A DNA stretch of 64,000 bases from the human T2T-CHM13v2.0 reference genome, Homo sapiens. Positions 25,087 to 39,650 of this stretch are shown here, one piece after another. Made by a program: the position numbers and the translations under genes. Each line of letters starts with the position of its first letter. The stretch's first letter is position 1. The notes beneath the pieces were generated by a model. The model searched no databases. It was not told the DNA's origin and saw nothing but the letters and a program-made list of their open reading frames with translations. The stretch is from NCBI RefSeq assembly GCF_009914755.1, contig NC_060938.1. One strand, 5' to 3'.

Positions 25087-25361
25087 GGCCAGGCACAGTG
25101 GCTCATGCCTATAATCCCAGCACTTGGGGGGCCAGGAGTTTAAGACAAGCTTGGCCAATATGGAAAAACCCTGTCTTTACTAAAAATACAAAAATTATCT
25201 GGGCATGGTGGCACACATCTGTAATCCTAGCTACTCAGGAGGCTGAGGCACACGAATTGCTTGAACCTAGGAGGCAGAGGTTTCAGTGAGCCAAGATCAC
25301 GCCACTGCACTCCAACCTGGGTGACAAAGTGAGATTCTGTCTCAAAAAAAAAAAAAAAAAA
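25087..25361 (+). mobile_element. AluS/J-type element with a left-arm deletion
   Basis: ggccaggcacagtggctcatgcctataatcccagcac...poly(A); TSD ctatcagatctc on both sides. Confidence 0.9.
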
Positions 25362-26716
25362 GCTATCAGATCTCCTGAGAACAAACTCACTATTACGAGA
25401 ACAAGATGAGGGAAACCACCTTCATAATTCAATGATCTGCACTTGGTTCCTCCCATGACATGTGGGGATTGTGGGAACTATTACACATTTCAAGATTAGA
25501 TTTGGGTGGGGACAAAGCCAAACCCTATCATTCCACCCCCGGTCCCTCCCAAATCTCATGTCCTCACGATTCAAAACACAATCACGCATTTCCAGCAGTC
25601 CCCCCAAAGTCTTAACGCATTTCAGCACTAACGCAAAGTCCACAGCCCAAAGCCTCAGATGAAACAAGGCAACTCCCTTCTACCTATGAGTCTGTAAAAT
25701 CAAAAGCAAGTTAGTCACTTCCTAGATACAATGGGGGTACAGGCATTATGTAAATACAGCCATTCTAAATGAGATGGACAAAACAAAGGGCCTACAAACC
25801 CCATGCAAGCTCGAAATTCAGCAGAACAGTCAATCTTAAAGTTCCAAAAAGATCTCCTTTGACTCCATGTCTCACATTCGAGTCAGACTGATGCAAGAGG
25901 TGGGTTCCCATGGTCTTGGACAGCTTTGTCCCTATGGCTTTGCAGGGTACAGCCTCCCTCCTGGCTGCTTTCATGAGCTGGCATTGAATGTCTGTGGCTT
26001 TTCCATGTGCACGGTGCAAGCTGTTGGTGGATCTACCATTGTGGGGTCTGGAGGATGTTGCCCCTCTTCTTGCAGCTCCACTAGGCAGTGGCTCATTGGG
26101 GACTCTATGTGGGGGTGCCCACCAACCCCACATTTCTCTTTCACACTTCCCTAGCAGAGGTTCTCCATGAGTGCCCCAGCCCTGCAGAAAACTTCTGCCT
26201 GAACTTCTAGGAGTTTTCATACATCCTCTGAAATCTAGGTGGAGGTTCCCAAACCTCAATTCTGAACTTCCATATACCTGCAGACTCAACATGTGGAAGC
26301 TGCCAAGGCTTGGGCCTCTCACCCTCTGAAGCAATAGCCTGAGCTGTACCTTGGCCCCTTTTAGTCATGGCAAGAGCAGCTGGAACACAGAATACCAAGT
26401 CCCTAGGCTGTACAGAACAGGGGGACCCTGGGCTCTGCCAACAAAACTGTCTTTTCCTTCTAGGCCTCTGGGCCTGTGATGAGAGGTGCTGTTGGGAAGA
26501 CCTCTGACATGCCCTAGTGACATTTTCCCCATTGTCTTGGGGATTAATATCCAGCTCCCCATTACTTATGCAAATTTCTGCAGCCGGCTTGAATATCTCC
26601 TCAGAAAATGAGATTTTCTTTTCTATTGCATAGTCGGGCTGCAAATTTTCTGAACTTTTATGATCTGTTTCCCTTTTAAAACTGAATGCCTTAACAGCAT
26701 CCAAGTCATCTCTTGA

Positions 26717-27134
<418 letters not shown>

Positions 27135-27779
27135 CAGTATCTTCAATAAAACATAGCAAGAGTCACCTTTGTTCCAGTTCCCAAGAAGTTTCTCATCTCC
27201 ATCTGAGACCACCTCAGCCTGGATTTCATTGTCCGTAACTTTATCAGCATTTTGGTCAAAGCCATTCAGCAAGTCTCTAGGGGTTTCAAACTGTCCCACA
27301 TTTTTTCTGTCTTCTTCTGAACCCTCCAAACTGTTCCAACCTCTGCCTGTTATCCAGTTCCAAAGTTGCTTCCACATTTTTGGGTGTCTTTTTAGCAGAG
27401 CCTCACTCTACTGGTACCAATTTACTGTATTAGGCCATTTTCACACTGCTGATGAAGACATACCCAAAACTGGGCAATTTACAAAAGAAAGAGGTTTGAT
27501 GGACTTACAGTTCCATGTGGCTGGAGAAGCCTCAAAACCATGACAGAAGGTAAGGTGGAGCAAGTCACATCTGGCATCGATGACAGCAGGAAAAGAGAGC
27601 TTATGCAGGAGAACATCTCTTTATAAAATCATCAGATCTCGTGAGACTTATTCACTTACTGCTATCATGAAAACAGCAAGGAAAAGACATGTCCCCATGG
27701 CCTCCCACCAGGCCCTTCCCACAACAAGTGAGAATTCAAGATTAGATTTGAGTGGGGACACAGCCAAACCATATCACCG

Positions 27780-28250
27780 TATAACCTAAAAATTTCACTC
27801 CAGCCTATGAGACATTAACCAGAATAAAAGCCAAAAATGAAAAACTACCCAAATGTTTATGTCTATCAATAGTAGAATGGATAAATTGTGACATATAATA
27901 TTTATACAATGAAATATTAAAAAGCAATGAGAAGATATAAGCTCCTACTTCAAGAAATATCATAGCAGAATCTCAAAAGCCTATATATTTAACAAAATAA
28001 ACTAAAATTTTATTGCATTTACATAAAATTATAAAAGAAGCAAAAAGAATTTCTGGTGTTAGAAGCAATGTTAGTAGTGACCCTGTTAGGGTGGTAGTGA
28101 CTGAAAAAGAAGTGACAGATTTCCCCAGTGCTGACACTCTTTCTCAATCCAGGTGCTTATTGCATGGGTGAGTTCTTTCTGTGAAAATTTGTAATTTTTT
28201 AATAGTTTGATATCTGCCCAATTCAGTCTGACATATATTTAATAAAAGGT
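27780..28250 (+). mobile_element. Ancient L1ME-like 3' fragment
   Basis: acccaaatgtttatgtctatcaatagtagaatggataaattgtg...tttatacaatgaaatatt; ends near aataaaa. Confidence 0.6.
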
Positions 28251-28252
28251 TT

Positions 28253-28856
28253 TGCTGGGGCTCAGAAACTGATCTCTAAAAATGTGGTGTTTTGAATATG
28301 CTGAACTGAAGAAGAAACCTTAAGGTCTCTTTGACCTTTCTCCTCCTATGTCTCAGTCCTCTGTCTCTCCCTAAGCTCAGGATGGAGTTGTTCTCTGAAG
28401 TTACATTACCTACCTAAAGTTCAGACCTGCCAAAGAAAACGTTTGCTTCTGGTCCCTTCCCTGAGTTTTCGTTAACTAAACCCGTATCATAGGAAGAAAG
28501 GCTGAAGTCTGTCCACACACCTGTACAAACTTTTGTCACAAACTATTGTCTGCTGTGTGGGCCCAGCAGACTTTTTCCAGGCCATTGTAAATGTACTTCC
28601 TGCCCATTGAATTCCTGTAACGGGCACTTACTACCTCCCTAAAATCATCCACACTTCCCCATCTCCCCTTCCCCAAGAAGAAGAGCATATCAGCATTTGT
28701 ACCCATTGGATGGGTGGAAGTAATCACTCTGTGGTTTTCCTCCTATCTATGGTAATAAAAATTGGCATCCCCTTTCTCCTATTAATCTGTCTTCTGTCAC
28801 TTGATTTTCAATGAACCTTTAAAGGACTAAGAGGAAGTTTTCCCTTCACCCCTGCA
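28253..28856 (+). mobile_element. ERV1 solo LTR (MER39-like)
   Basis: tgctggggctcagaaactgat...cccttcacccctgca; TG...CA ends; AATAAA near 28754; 4-bp TSD gttt/gctt. Confidence 0.75.
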
Positions 28857-29259
28857 GCTTCTTTAAAAATTGGTTGCACCTAATTTTCTTTTGTGATGAC
28901 AGAATAAAATTTATGATAGACAAGGAAGTTCTAAAATAGTGCAGTAGGATAAATTCCATTGTGGCGTATTGTCTTCAGTTTCAATACTGCATAGTTACAA
29001 GATAAATAATGCTATAGGCACAAAATTAATTTCTTACATTTATTAATAATAAATACAAGTATTTCCATGTTTTCAATACTTACTTTTTTCAAAAGAAACA
29101 ATACTAATTTTCAAAATACCCTGCGTATATTTAGAGTAAACTTGCCATAGTAATCAATACCAGTAGTAGAAGTTCTTTAATGCAAAACTCAAACTGTCTT
29201 CCACTAACAAAGATTTTATTTTATTATTTTTCTAATTTATTTATTCCTTCTCTCTGTGC

Positions 29260-29446
29260 AATTCTGTCCAATAGAAGTTTGGAAAATAATGGAAATACTC
29301 TAATAAAATTGCTTCTAGACATGTGGTATTGAATAATTGAAATGCAACTGGTGCTACTGAGGAATGGAATTTTTAATTTTATTTAATGTTAACAAATTTA
29401 ATTTGAAATAATCACGTGGTTAGTGCTGCTATACTGGGAAGCATAG
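29260..29446. mobile_element. MER3-like hAT-Charlie element
   Basis: ctgtccaatagaagttt...catgtggtattgaataattgaaatg...ctgaggaatggaatttttaatttt...cacgtggttagtg. Confidence 0.7.
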
Positions 29447-30272
29447 ATCTAACACTTCTGTTTTTAAAAATGCATTTAATATTCTAAATCTGGGTTTTAA
29501 TATCTTCTTTTCTGTCTCAGTATTTTGCCAAGAAAAAGTAATGCATATGTTAAAAAATAAAAAATAAAAAAATCTGCCAGGCATTGCATGCAATTGGTTC
29601 TCAGAAATCCTAATTCAGTTTTCGAAAGTGCTTTTACTGTAAGTCACTAACATTACTTTTCTGTTGTGTTGTCATCATTGGTGTTCATCTTTGTTAATAA
29701 ATTTTCATTTCAGTGTTTCTGAAACTGGTTTATGAAGTTCTTAAATCAGTATAATCTGTAGAATTTTTATTACAGATTCTAAAAAGCCCCAACTAGACCT
29801 AATAAATGAGAATTTTGAAGATGAATTCTTGAAATTTGCATTTTTGAAGAGTCTTCCCAGTTAATCTTATACAAGGCACATTTTAAAATCTCTAAGATAC
29901 AACATTCACTATTTTAAATGGTGTATCTATTTTAGCATCTGTGATGTTTATTTTACTATAGCACTCACCTAATAGATGGGAGTAGCATCTTTTGTGAAAT
30001 GTCCAGGATTAACACCTAGCAAAAATATCTTTTCCTGAGCAGATGATTAAATGTAGTCAAAGAAATGGTCTACACAAACATGAGCTATTTTTTAAAAGAC
30101 CTAAAGCTACCCAAATTTGTGTAGTGAGATTTTTTTAGACTTCAGAATATTCCCTTCAGTGTGAGCATTGTGGGTTAAATAATATGGGCAGAAATTTTAA
30201 TGAGCAGGAGTTGAGGCTACATTCCTTTAAGCCTTTCAAATGATGTTTCTTAAAAACTATGTTCCTTCAGTT

Positions 30273-30433
30273 CAGTGATTCTTAAATTTCAGTGAGTATT
30301 GGGACCACCTGGGAAACTTGGTGAAAATACAGTGGTCCAGGCCCTATCCTATTTAAATGAGCCTGATTGTCTGTATTCCTTATTAGCTTTAAGGTAAATC
30401 CAACACACACTAATATTTGGAAATTCTGCTCTA
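30273..30433. mobile_element. MER5-like hAT-Charlie element
   Basis: cagtgattcttaaatttcagtg...cacctgggaaacttggtgaaaatacag...tttggaaattctgctctag. Confidence 0.55.
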
Positions 30434-30589
30434 GCTGTCAGAGTCAAAATGGATCCTTTTGAAACTGTTTATTTTATATATAGTTTTTCCTTCCTCTCAC
30501 CACCACAATCCTTTGTATAGTTTTCCTCATGGATTTTTATTATCTTATTACATTTTTCTACACTGTCTTCTGAAAGCAAACAAAAAGAC

Positions 30590-30702
30590 AAGGCACAGTG
30601 CCCTGCACCCATAATTCCAGCTACTTGGGAGGCTGACACAGGAGGATCACTTGAGGCCAGGAGTTGGAAACCAGCCTGAGCAACACAGCAAGACTCCATC
30701 TC
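30590..30702 (+). mobile_element. FLAM (free left Alu monomer)
   Basis: ccagctacttgggaggctgacacaggaggatcacttgaggccaggagttggaaaccagcctgagcaacacagcaagactccatctc. Confidence 0.85.
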
Positions 30703-31709
30703 TAGGTGGGAAGAGGGGAGGGAAAAGACCCAGACAATGCTATGTCTTCCCCCGCTCCCCATGTATGGTATTAATTCTATCATGAAATAGCCAGTGGTGG
30801 TTCCTAACACATTAGTTGCATTAACTCAATTTCAATTATAAAAGCTTCAAGTACTTTTTAGTATTTCTGTTGACATGGTTTTTTATTCTCTACCCATATA
30901 CATTTTCTCTATTTATCAACCTATAAAGAAGAAGGATTGCTTTTGCCTTACCTCATCAGCTTGTGAAAGCTGACATTCTCACTCAAATGCATGGCTGGAG
31001 GAAAAATATATATAGCTTCCCATCCAATTCTCATGTACATCCAATTCTCCTGTGCTAATAGCTTTTACCCGGTGTATCTTCTCCTTCACTCCTGTTTGAT
31101 TTTCTCATACATTGAATAAAACAAGCTCATAAAACATTTCAATTCACAGCTCCAATTCATACTGTGGTTTTTCTGAAAGCCCACCTGTGACAATTTATTT
31201 GTGGAGCTAAAATTCCCAGAAAATAATGTGCCTCTGCCATTCTCCACCCTCATTCCTATATCTTGTTAAGTTGTTTTCTGGGAACTACTGTTTCCTATTG
31301 GACATAAAAGATAACTAACAGAATATAAAATGAATCCTCATAAAGTAGGAGAAAATACAAATAAACCAATAAAAGTATGGACAGAGGGTATCAACAAGTA
31401 ATAATAAAAAGGGAAATGCAAATGACAAGATGCTTAATTACATTAGAAATCAACAAAAATGAAATTAAGGCATAGCAATACTGTCTGCCTTTAAGATTGG
31501 CCAAAGTTGAAAAAATATTCATAAAATTCATTTTTGATAAGAATATAAATAAATGGTTAGCCTCATCCATTTCTGATGAGATGATAGACTGATAAGGCCG
31601 TTTCTAGGTATTTATTCTATACTATCTACCTTATGGAGAAATATTTGTGCATGTGAACAAAAAGGCTTGATTTAGGCACTAAGATTTTGTAACTTAAAAA
31701 AAATTAGAA

Positions 31710-32057
<348 letters not shown>

Positions 32058-34509
32058 TTAAAGAAACTGTGAGACATCAATATTGCAGACTACTACACTG
32101 TTCTTTTCTATTGACAAAAGATTCGCTCCCAAAATATGTGTGTGTTATTAATGGAAAAACAAGAAGAAGAGAAAGGTCTCAAGTCATGTGGTTTTATACA
32201 GCCAAAAATGGTTATGTGTATGCTTATACAAATAAATATAACTATTACATGTTTGCATATGCTCATACATTCATATACATGTAAATGTATAGTAAAGTAA
32301 TCTGTAATGGCCTACCATATTAGTAAAAGGGGTTACCTAGTGCAGGAGAGTGGGATTGAGTAGAGTTTAAGGAAACTTTTTCCTTTACCAACACACTGTT
32401 AATTCATAAATGAAAATATATTTTATCTACGAGAGTGTAATTAAAAATATTTGTCAGGCAAAGTGAGCAATACTAACCAGACTACTTCGGAAATTGGTGC
32501 AGAGGTGCAGTTGCCTAATATTCTGCATGGTAAAGACACTGGGTTGAGGTAAAGAGAGTAAAGAAGGATTCTGATGTCATTCTCTCCTTTCTCAGATGGT
32601 CTGAATATAGTTTTCTCATTCTGGCTTCATTTATATTCAATGCATTTTCAGATTTTTTTTCTGGATTTTAGTCTTACATAAACTGTCGGTTGTAGGATTG
32701 GGAATATTGCTCTTTTCTTATCTATTCTGATGGGAAGCTGGGGAAGCTAGCATTAGGGGCTATAAGCCAGATATTACATTAAATTAAAAGTTGGATAAAT
32801 ATTTATATTCTGCACTTGAATATGCTGAAATATCCCCCTTGGGAATTCATCCTGAGATCATCCTTTGATACTAGACAAGCACAAATATATTAAACAAGAT
32901 TCAAATCACCATACACCAGGAATCAATACAAAGCCTGTTATAAGTAAAAAGAGGCAGTAAGAGTGAGAAGGGAGTGAGGGTTGTGTGGGCAAGTGTGGCA
33001 ACAGATGCTACAGACTATTGCAATTCAAGACTGAGAGTGCCTGAAACCCAGGACATGTCAGTAGGTAAGTAGGTTGCTACTTCAAAAAGAAAGTTATTGA
33101 AAAAGATTTACAGAATTAAGCTGCTAAGTCAGGGAGAATTTAATAAAGTCCCGTAAGATATATTTTTCAGATTTTAAATTAGTTGTCCTTTCATATTTCA
33201 AAAAAGGTTAGACTTTGCATAATCTTATTTTCCATTCTATATGTGATACATTAAGAAGAGAGCTACCAAATGTGGAAACTTGTTACTGCCCTTTAAATTT
33301 TATTGAGAATTATATTTGCCCTATATAAATTTTAATCTCCCTCATAGTCCCTGACCAACTAACTTGAAAACTAACCTCCAGATGTGCTGTGACTATGAAA
33401 TCTCCTCTCGGATCAACATAATGACCAGCAAAGCTCTGTTATTTTCTTTGTTCCTTTACTCTACACTGCGATTAGCTTCTCTTTTTCTAGTAAATGTTGA
33501 ACCAACTCCCTTAGCAATGGACTCAGTTCCTTGAAGAGCTACAACTCATCATAAACTGGAAAACCTCTAGTTTGCATTATATATTAGTAGTATCCAGTCA
33601 ATACTACTGTGTGCATTTAAGACAGGGCAAAAAAAAATGCTTAATGTGAAGTGGTTTTATTATAACAAGCTGCTGAATTATTTAGACCAATAAAAATTTA
33701 TCTGCTGGAGTCTCCTGAAAAAAATTATTCTCTTGGTATGTACAATTTGTCTGCAGTGAAATAAGGATGCACAGCATTGTCATTCGACATGTACCACAGG
33801 AGCATTCAAATTGTTCTCCTATGTCTCATTGCCTTTTGTGTTTGGTAAAGGGAATTTAAGGAAGCTAATGCTTAGTTGTACTAAAAGTAATGACCACAAT
33901 GCAGCATCCTTATATCTGAAAGGTTTTGCATGTTACACAGTTTAAAGAAATAGTTAAAACTCCCAAGTTTCACAGAACAGTGAATACCTACATATAGTTT
34001 GAAATGACCATGATAACATACTGGGCTCCAAACAATGAGAAAATTGGCCATTTTATTTATATATCACACAGTGTAACAGAAAGAGAATAATTCAGATCAC
34101 TAATTAAATCAAGAAAAATTCTTATAGGTTTGAGTTTTAGAAGGCTTATAGGTTTGAGTTTTGTTTTAGTTGTATTGATGCCCTCCTTTACATTCAAGGA
34201 CAAATGTCTATAGAATTATTAGTTAGAAAACAAGCCTAATAGTAAAGGGTATTTTTCATTTTGAGAAACAAGCATTCACTGCAAAAACTGTCAAAATTTA
34301 GCAATGCCTTTAGTCTCCTGATTTAAAAACACTGATTTTAAAACAATGATGAGAAGTTGTTTTTTAACTAATTTATTCCTAGAAATCAAAAGCTCCTGTT
34401 TAAGATCTGAAAGAGCTCACAGAAATTGTTTCGTTATGCTCTTGTGAGTATATGCTATATAAAACTATGTTTCTAAGAATGAAACATTATGGAAACGGCA
34501 TCTTTAGAA

Positions 34510-34718
34510 TAGTGGTTTTCAACTGGGATGATTCTTCCCTTTAGAGGGCATCTGAAAAGGTCTGGAGACATTTTCCATTGTCGCAACTGGAGGTGGGGAG
34601 TTTTTAGTGACTGGGAGCAGGGAACGTAGCTAAATATCCTAGAACACCTAGGCAAACTCCCCACACAGAGGAATTATCCAGTCAAAAATGTCAATAGTGC
34701 CGAGATGAAGATATCTTG
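34510..34718. mobile_element. MER20 (hAT-Charlie)
   Basis: agtggttttcaactgggatgatt...tctggagacattttccattgtcgcaactgg...aattatccagtcaaaaatgtcaatagtgccgag. Confidence 0.85.
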
Positions 34719-36552
34719 CTTTAGAATATTATCTTCTTTAACATTTTAATCTAAACCTAAAATTTAGTTTATTTACTTTAAAAAGCTCAGACTCAAACAT
34801 TTGAGCATTAAATTCATGAAAACCAAGGCATCCTAAGTGAATACTAAAATTCACAAAAAGTTAATGCTTTTTTGTGTAAAATGATATAAATTTTCAAAGC
34901 TAAGAATAACATTTTGTACATTAATTTTCTCCTTTTCCCCAGCCAGTTTCATCTGCTGCCCACCATCCACTAACCCCACCCAGGAAAGAAATAGAAAACC
35001 TTAGTTTTATAGCTTTAAATTTAGAAATAGTATTCAGTTTTACCTGAGTTGCCTCTATTACCTGGGATTTGTTATTAGATTCACACCACTTGGGGCATAA
35101 GGTCTTTAATTTGAGTTTATGACTCCATATTTCCTATATCTTTTGACATTTAAAATAATTTTTTTGTTTGCTTCTATAGCCTTTTGTTTCTTACCATCCA
35201 AACTTTAGTTTCCAGGCTCTGCTTGGTAATCTCTTGGGACTTCAATTCAGAATTGGGAAAATATTCCAGATTTGACAAAAAGAAACCAAAGATAGAAGTC
35301 TGGCGCTGCCGATTACTACACACTGTTCATTAATAAGTTACTTCCTTAAGAGTAACTTTGATTACTTCATCTGTTAAATATTAGCTTTGATTATTTCATC
35401 TGCTAAATATTTTATCTTACAGGTTTATGTGAGAGTCAAATTAAAATAAAATTAAATATATATTATAAACACTAAAGTTCAATCATGTTAACTTACAGTT
35501 AGTATTTAAAATTTTCTCAATGGAGTTTAAATGGCTCTTGCTCTCCATTTTGATTTCTTTCTCTGTGATTAACCTCTGCTCTAATGAATGAATGAAAAAT
35601 GCCAGTCACTATCTTAACTAAGCTATATCCAATGGCATAGCAGACCACTGAATATCTTAGTCTACACTATAGATCATGTAATTCTTAGGTGAAGTAACAG
35701 TGACTTATAGACCTTAACCCAGAAACGGAATTGAATTTAAACCAAATACGTTAAAATATTTTAACTTGATCTTGTTTTGCTATCATGGGTAACAAAGACC
35801 TATCCTAAGCTTTATGTTTTTTTAGACCGCTAATGTTCCACCATTCATAATGTGTATAGTGTGCAATTCTCTTTAGCCTGCCATTTCTATGATTAATTTA
35901 TTATATGATTGTGCTTGAATAAATTTCCCACGAAATACGAAGTTTCTCTACAAATGCTACATGCACTAATAGCCATGTGAAATATTAAACCATTAAACTA
36001 TTTTTCAGACTTTTCACTTGTTTATTCACATCCCTCCATATTTACCAACATCTTACTTAAATCCAAATATGCAGATAGAGCTTCAAAATCACAAACTAAA
36101 TTTAGTTCTAAACTTGAAAGTAATTATTTCAAATGATTTTCTTCAACAACAACATTGAAGGAATCTATTTTAAGTAATTTTAACTTGTGTGTTTATTATA
36201 CAAAAGCCATAAACTTTTTTGTTTTGAAATGTATTAATATATTAAAAGCATAAAATACCAGATACATAGTACTACATAAGTACTTAATAAATGTATTAAA
36301 ATGTATGCAAACATTTTTATTTATTATAAATGTTGTTATACAATTGTTTAGAATACACATGGCATATTTAACAGCATAACATTTTAATTATTGACATTAT
36401 TATCAATTGGATCCATTTACTCCATCACACATTCATTCAATAGAATGTAGTGAGAATAAATATGCATCAGGGCAGTGTCACATTCTAGAGATAGAAGTAT
36501 GACATAGTCCGGCCATGGAAAAAAAATAGAAAACATATTTAAAATGCAATTA

Positions 36553-36599
36553 TTAGGTTGATCCAAAAGTAATTGCAGTTTCCATCATTACTTTTAATG
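36553..36599. mobile_element. Half MADE1 within an L2-like remnant
   Basis: ttaggttgatccaaaagtaattgcagtttccatcattacttttaatg. Confidence 0.65.
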
Positions 36600-37009
36600 T
36601 AACATAATAGAATATAATATATAATATTTTTAATATAATAGAATAGGTCAAGTGGTATTATTAAGATATGAATACATGGAAAAGATCCCTTATGTATACA
36701 AGAGAGAATCACAGGTAGATTCAGAGGGAATGCAACATTGAGGTTGAACTTCCCAGCTGAAAGACATTCATTCACCAAGAAAATAAAGTGTAGGCACTAC
36801 AGGCTGTATCCTCAAAGTGTGATTCTAACCTTTTATGTTTTTCTCACTGTATATATATTCTGGCCAACTTGCATGCCTAGGGAAGTTAGTGAAATTAAGA
36901 TTCAGTATTTGGTAGGAGCAGGTAAGAAATCTTTTATAGAAAAAAATTAGTTACTTGGTTGATATATAATGTAATTTATCAATTGGAAGTCTAGTATTTT
37001 AAAAATAAT

Positions 37010-39650
37010 TTTTCTCTTTCACCACTTCTTTTCAACATCATATAGGAAGTCCTAGCTAATACTATGCAGCAAGAAAAGTAAATAAAATGTATACAGATTG
37101 GGAAGGAGGAAATGAAACTGTGAATAAGCACAGACAACATGAATGATTAAAGTTTAAAAGAATCAACAACAGCAACAAAAACTTCTGAAACTAATAACTG
37201 ATTATACAAGAATGTTACAAAATACAAAGCTAATATATAAAAGTCAGTTGCTTCCCTTTATATCAGCAATAAATAAGCAGAATTTAAAATTAACAACAAT
37301 ACCATTTATATTAGCACCCCCAAAATAAAATGCATAAGTATAAATCTAATAAAATATGTATAATATACCTATGAGGAAAAATATAAAACTTTGATAAAAG
37401 ACACAAAAGAAAATCTAAGTAAGTGGAGAGAGGTTAAATACTCAGAGACAGGAAGGCCTAATATTTTCAAGATGTCAGCTCTTCCCAGCTTTATCCATAT
37501 ATTCAATGCAATCCTCATCAAAATCCTGGGAAGATATTGTGTAGATATTAATGAACTCAATCTAAAGTTTTCATGAAGAGGCAAAAGGCCCACAATAACC
37601 AGCACAACACTGAAGGAAAAGAACAAAGTCAGAAGACTAATACTAACTGACTTCAAGGCTGTCTTTAAAGTTACAATAAACAAGACACTTTGGTATTGGC
37701 CAAAGAATAGACAAACAGATCAATAGAAGTGAATAGAAAGCACAGAAAAAGAACCACGTGGATACAGTAAGCTGATCTTTGACAAGAATGTACAGGAAAT
37801 GGAATAGAGAAAGGATAGTCTTTTCAACAAAGACTATCTGGTGGTAGAACTTGATATCTACATGCTAAATAATAATAATAATAATAAAATCTAGATCCTG
37901 ATATTACACCCTTCATAAAAAATTAACTCAAAATGTATCACAGACCTAAATGTAAAATGCAGAACTATAAAACTCCTAGAAGATAAGATAAGAGAAAATC
38001 TAGATAACCTTGCTTTTGGTAATTCCTTTTTAGATAAAATAATGGAAACATGATAAATAAAAACAAGAATCAATACATTAGACTTCATTAAAATTAAAAA
38101 TACCTGCTCTGTGAAAGACACTGTCAAGACAATGAGAAGTCAATTACAGACTTGGAGAAAATATTTGCAAAGATAAAGGACTGCTATCGAAAATATACAA
38201 AGAACTCTTAAAACTTAACAATAAGAAAATGAAAAAAAATTTAATAAATGGCAAAATACCTGAACAGATGCTTCATTAGAAAAGACATACCTATGGAAAA
38301 TAAGCATATAAAAAGATGTTCAACATCATATGCCATCAAGGAAATGCAAATTAAAACAGCAATGAGACACTACTACTACACTACTAGGATGGCCAAAATA
38401 CTGGCAAAGATGTGGCACAATAGGAGTCAAATATAGGAAAGAATGTACAACAGCAGGAGCTCTCTTCTTTCGCTGGTGGGAATGCAAACTGGTACAACCA
38501 CGTGGAAGAGAGTTTGCAAGTTTCTGAAAAACTAAACATATTTTTTACCATGTGTCTTAGTCTGTTGTGTACTGCTGTAACAGACTACCTAAGACTAAGT
38601 AATTTATACAAAGTTTATTTGGCTCACAATTCTGGATCCTGGGAAGCCCAAACTTAGGCAGTTCATCTGGTAAGGGTCTTGTGCTGCTTCAACATATGGC
38701 AGAAAGTGGAAGGAAAAGTGCAAATTTGCAAAGACACCAAACACTAGAAGGAACAACACACTTTCAAGGTAACTAATCCAGTCCTGTGAGCGTGAGAACT
38801 CACTCCCTCAAGATGACGTTAATCTATTCATGAGAGACCAACCCCATGACCCAAACACCTCTCATTAGGCCCTACTTCCCAACACTGCCACATTGGGGAT
38901 CAAATTTCAGTATGAATCTTGGTTGGAGCAAACCACATCCAAAACGTAGCACCATGCAAATCAAGTCTTGACTAAGCAGTTGCTCTTCTTGGCATTTACC
39001 CTAATGAGTTTAATACATATGTCCAGGCAAAACCTGCACACAGATATTTATAACAGATTTATTCACAATTGTCAAAACTTTAAAGCTACCAAGATGTCCT
39101 TCAGTAAGTGGATAAATAGAGATACATTCAGACAACGAAGTATTATTCAGTGCTAAAAAGAAATGAACTATTAAACCATGAAAATACATAAAAGAAACTT
39201 AACTGCATATTACTAAGTGAAAGAAACCAATCTGAAAAGGCTATATACTGTATGATTATGGCTATATGCCATTCTGAAAAAGGCATAACTATGGAGACAG
39301 TAAAAAAGATCACTGATTATCAGGGGTTGGAGGGGAGGGAGAGATGAATAGAAGATATACAGATGACTTTTAGTACAATAAAACAATTTTCTCTGACATT
39401 ATAATCTTGAATGCATATAATTATACAAAACCCATAAACTGTGCAACAAGAGTGAACCCTAATGTAAACTATAAGCTCTAGGTGATAATGACCTGTAGGT
39501 TCAAATTGTAACAAATGTACCTCTCTTGTGTAGAATACTGATAGTGCGGGAGCCCTTGCCTGTGTAGTGTATGAGAACTCTTTGCACGTTCTGCTCAATT
39601 TTGTTGTAAAACTAAAACTGCTCTTAAGAATAAAGTGTATTTATAAAATA
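37010..39650 (+). mobile_element. L1MC-like LINE-1, 3' portion
   Basis: Decayed ORF2 (ORF 38248-38436, IKEMQIKTAMRHYY); 3'UTR caagagtgaaccctaatgtaaactata...aaactaaaactgctcttaagaataaag. Confidence 0.85.
38553..38951 (-). mobile_element. MST-family MaLR solo LTR
   Basis: tgtcttagtctgttg...ccacattggggatcaaatttc...tagca; perfect 5-bp TSD ccatg (38548-38552 / 38952-38956). Confidence 0.9.

Noticed and set aside
34121-35410. Short direct repeats (cttataggtttgagtttt at 34121 and 34145; ~29-bp tandem near 35355-35410)
   Set aside because: These are two-copy slippage-type duplications with no array structure and are not CRISPR-like.
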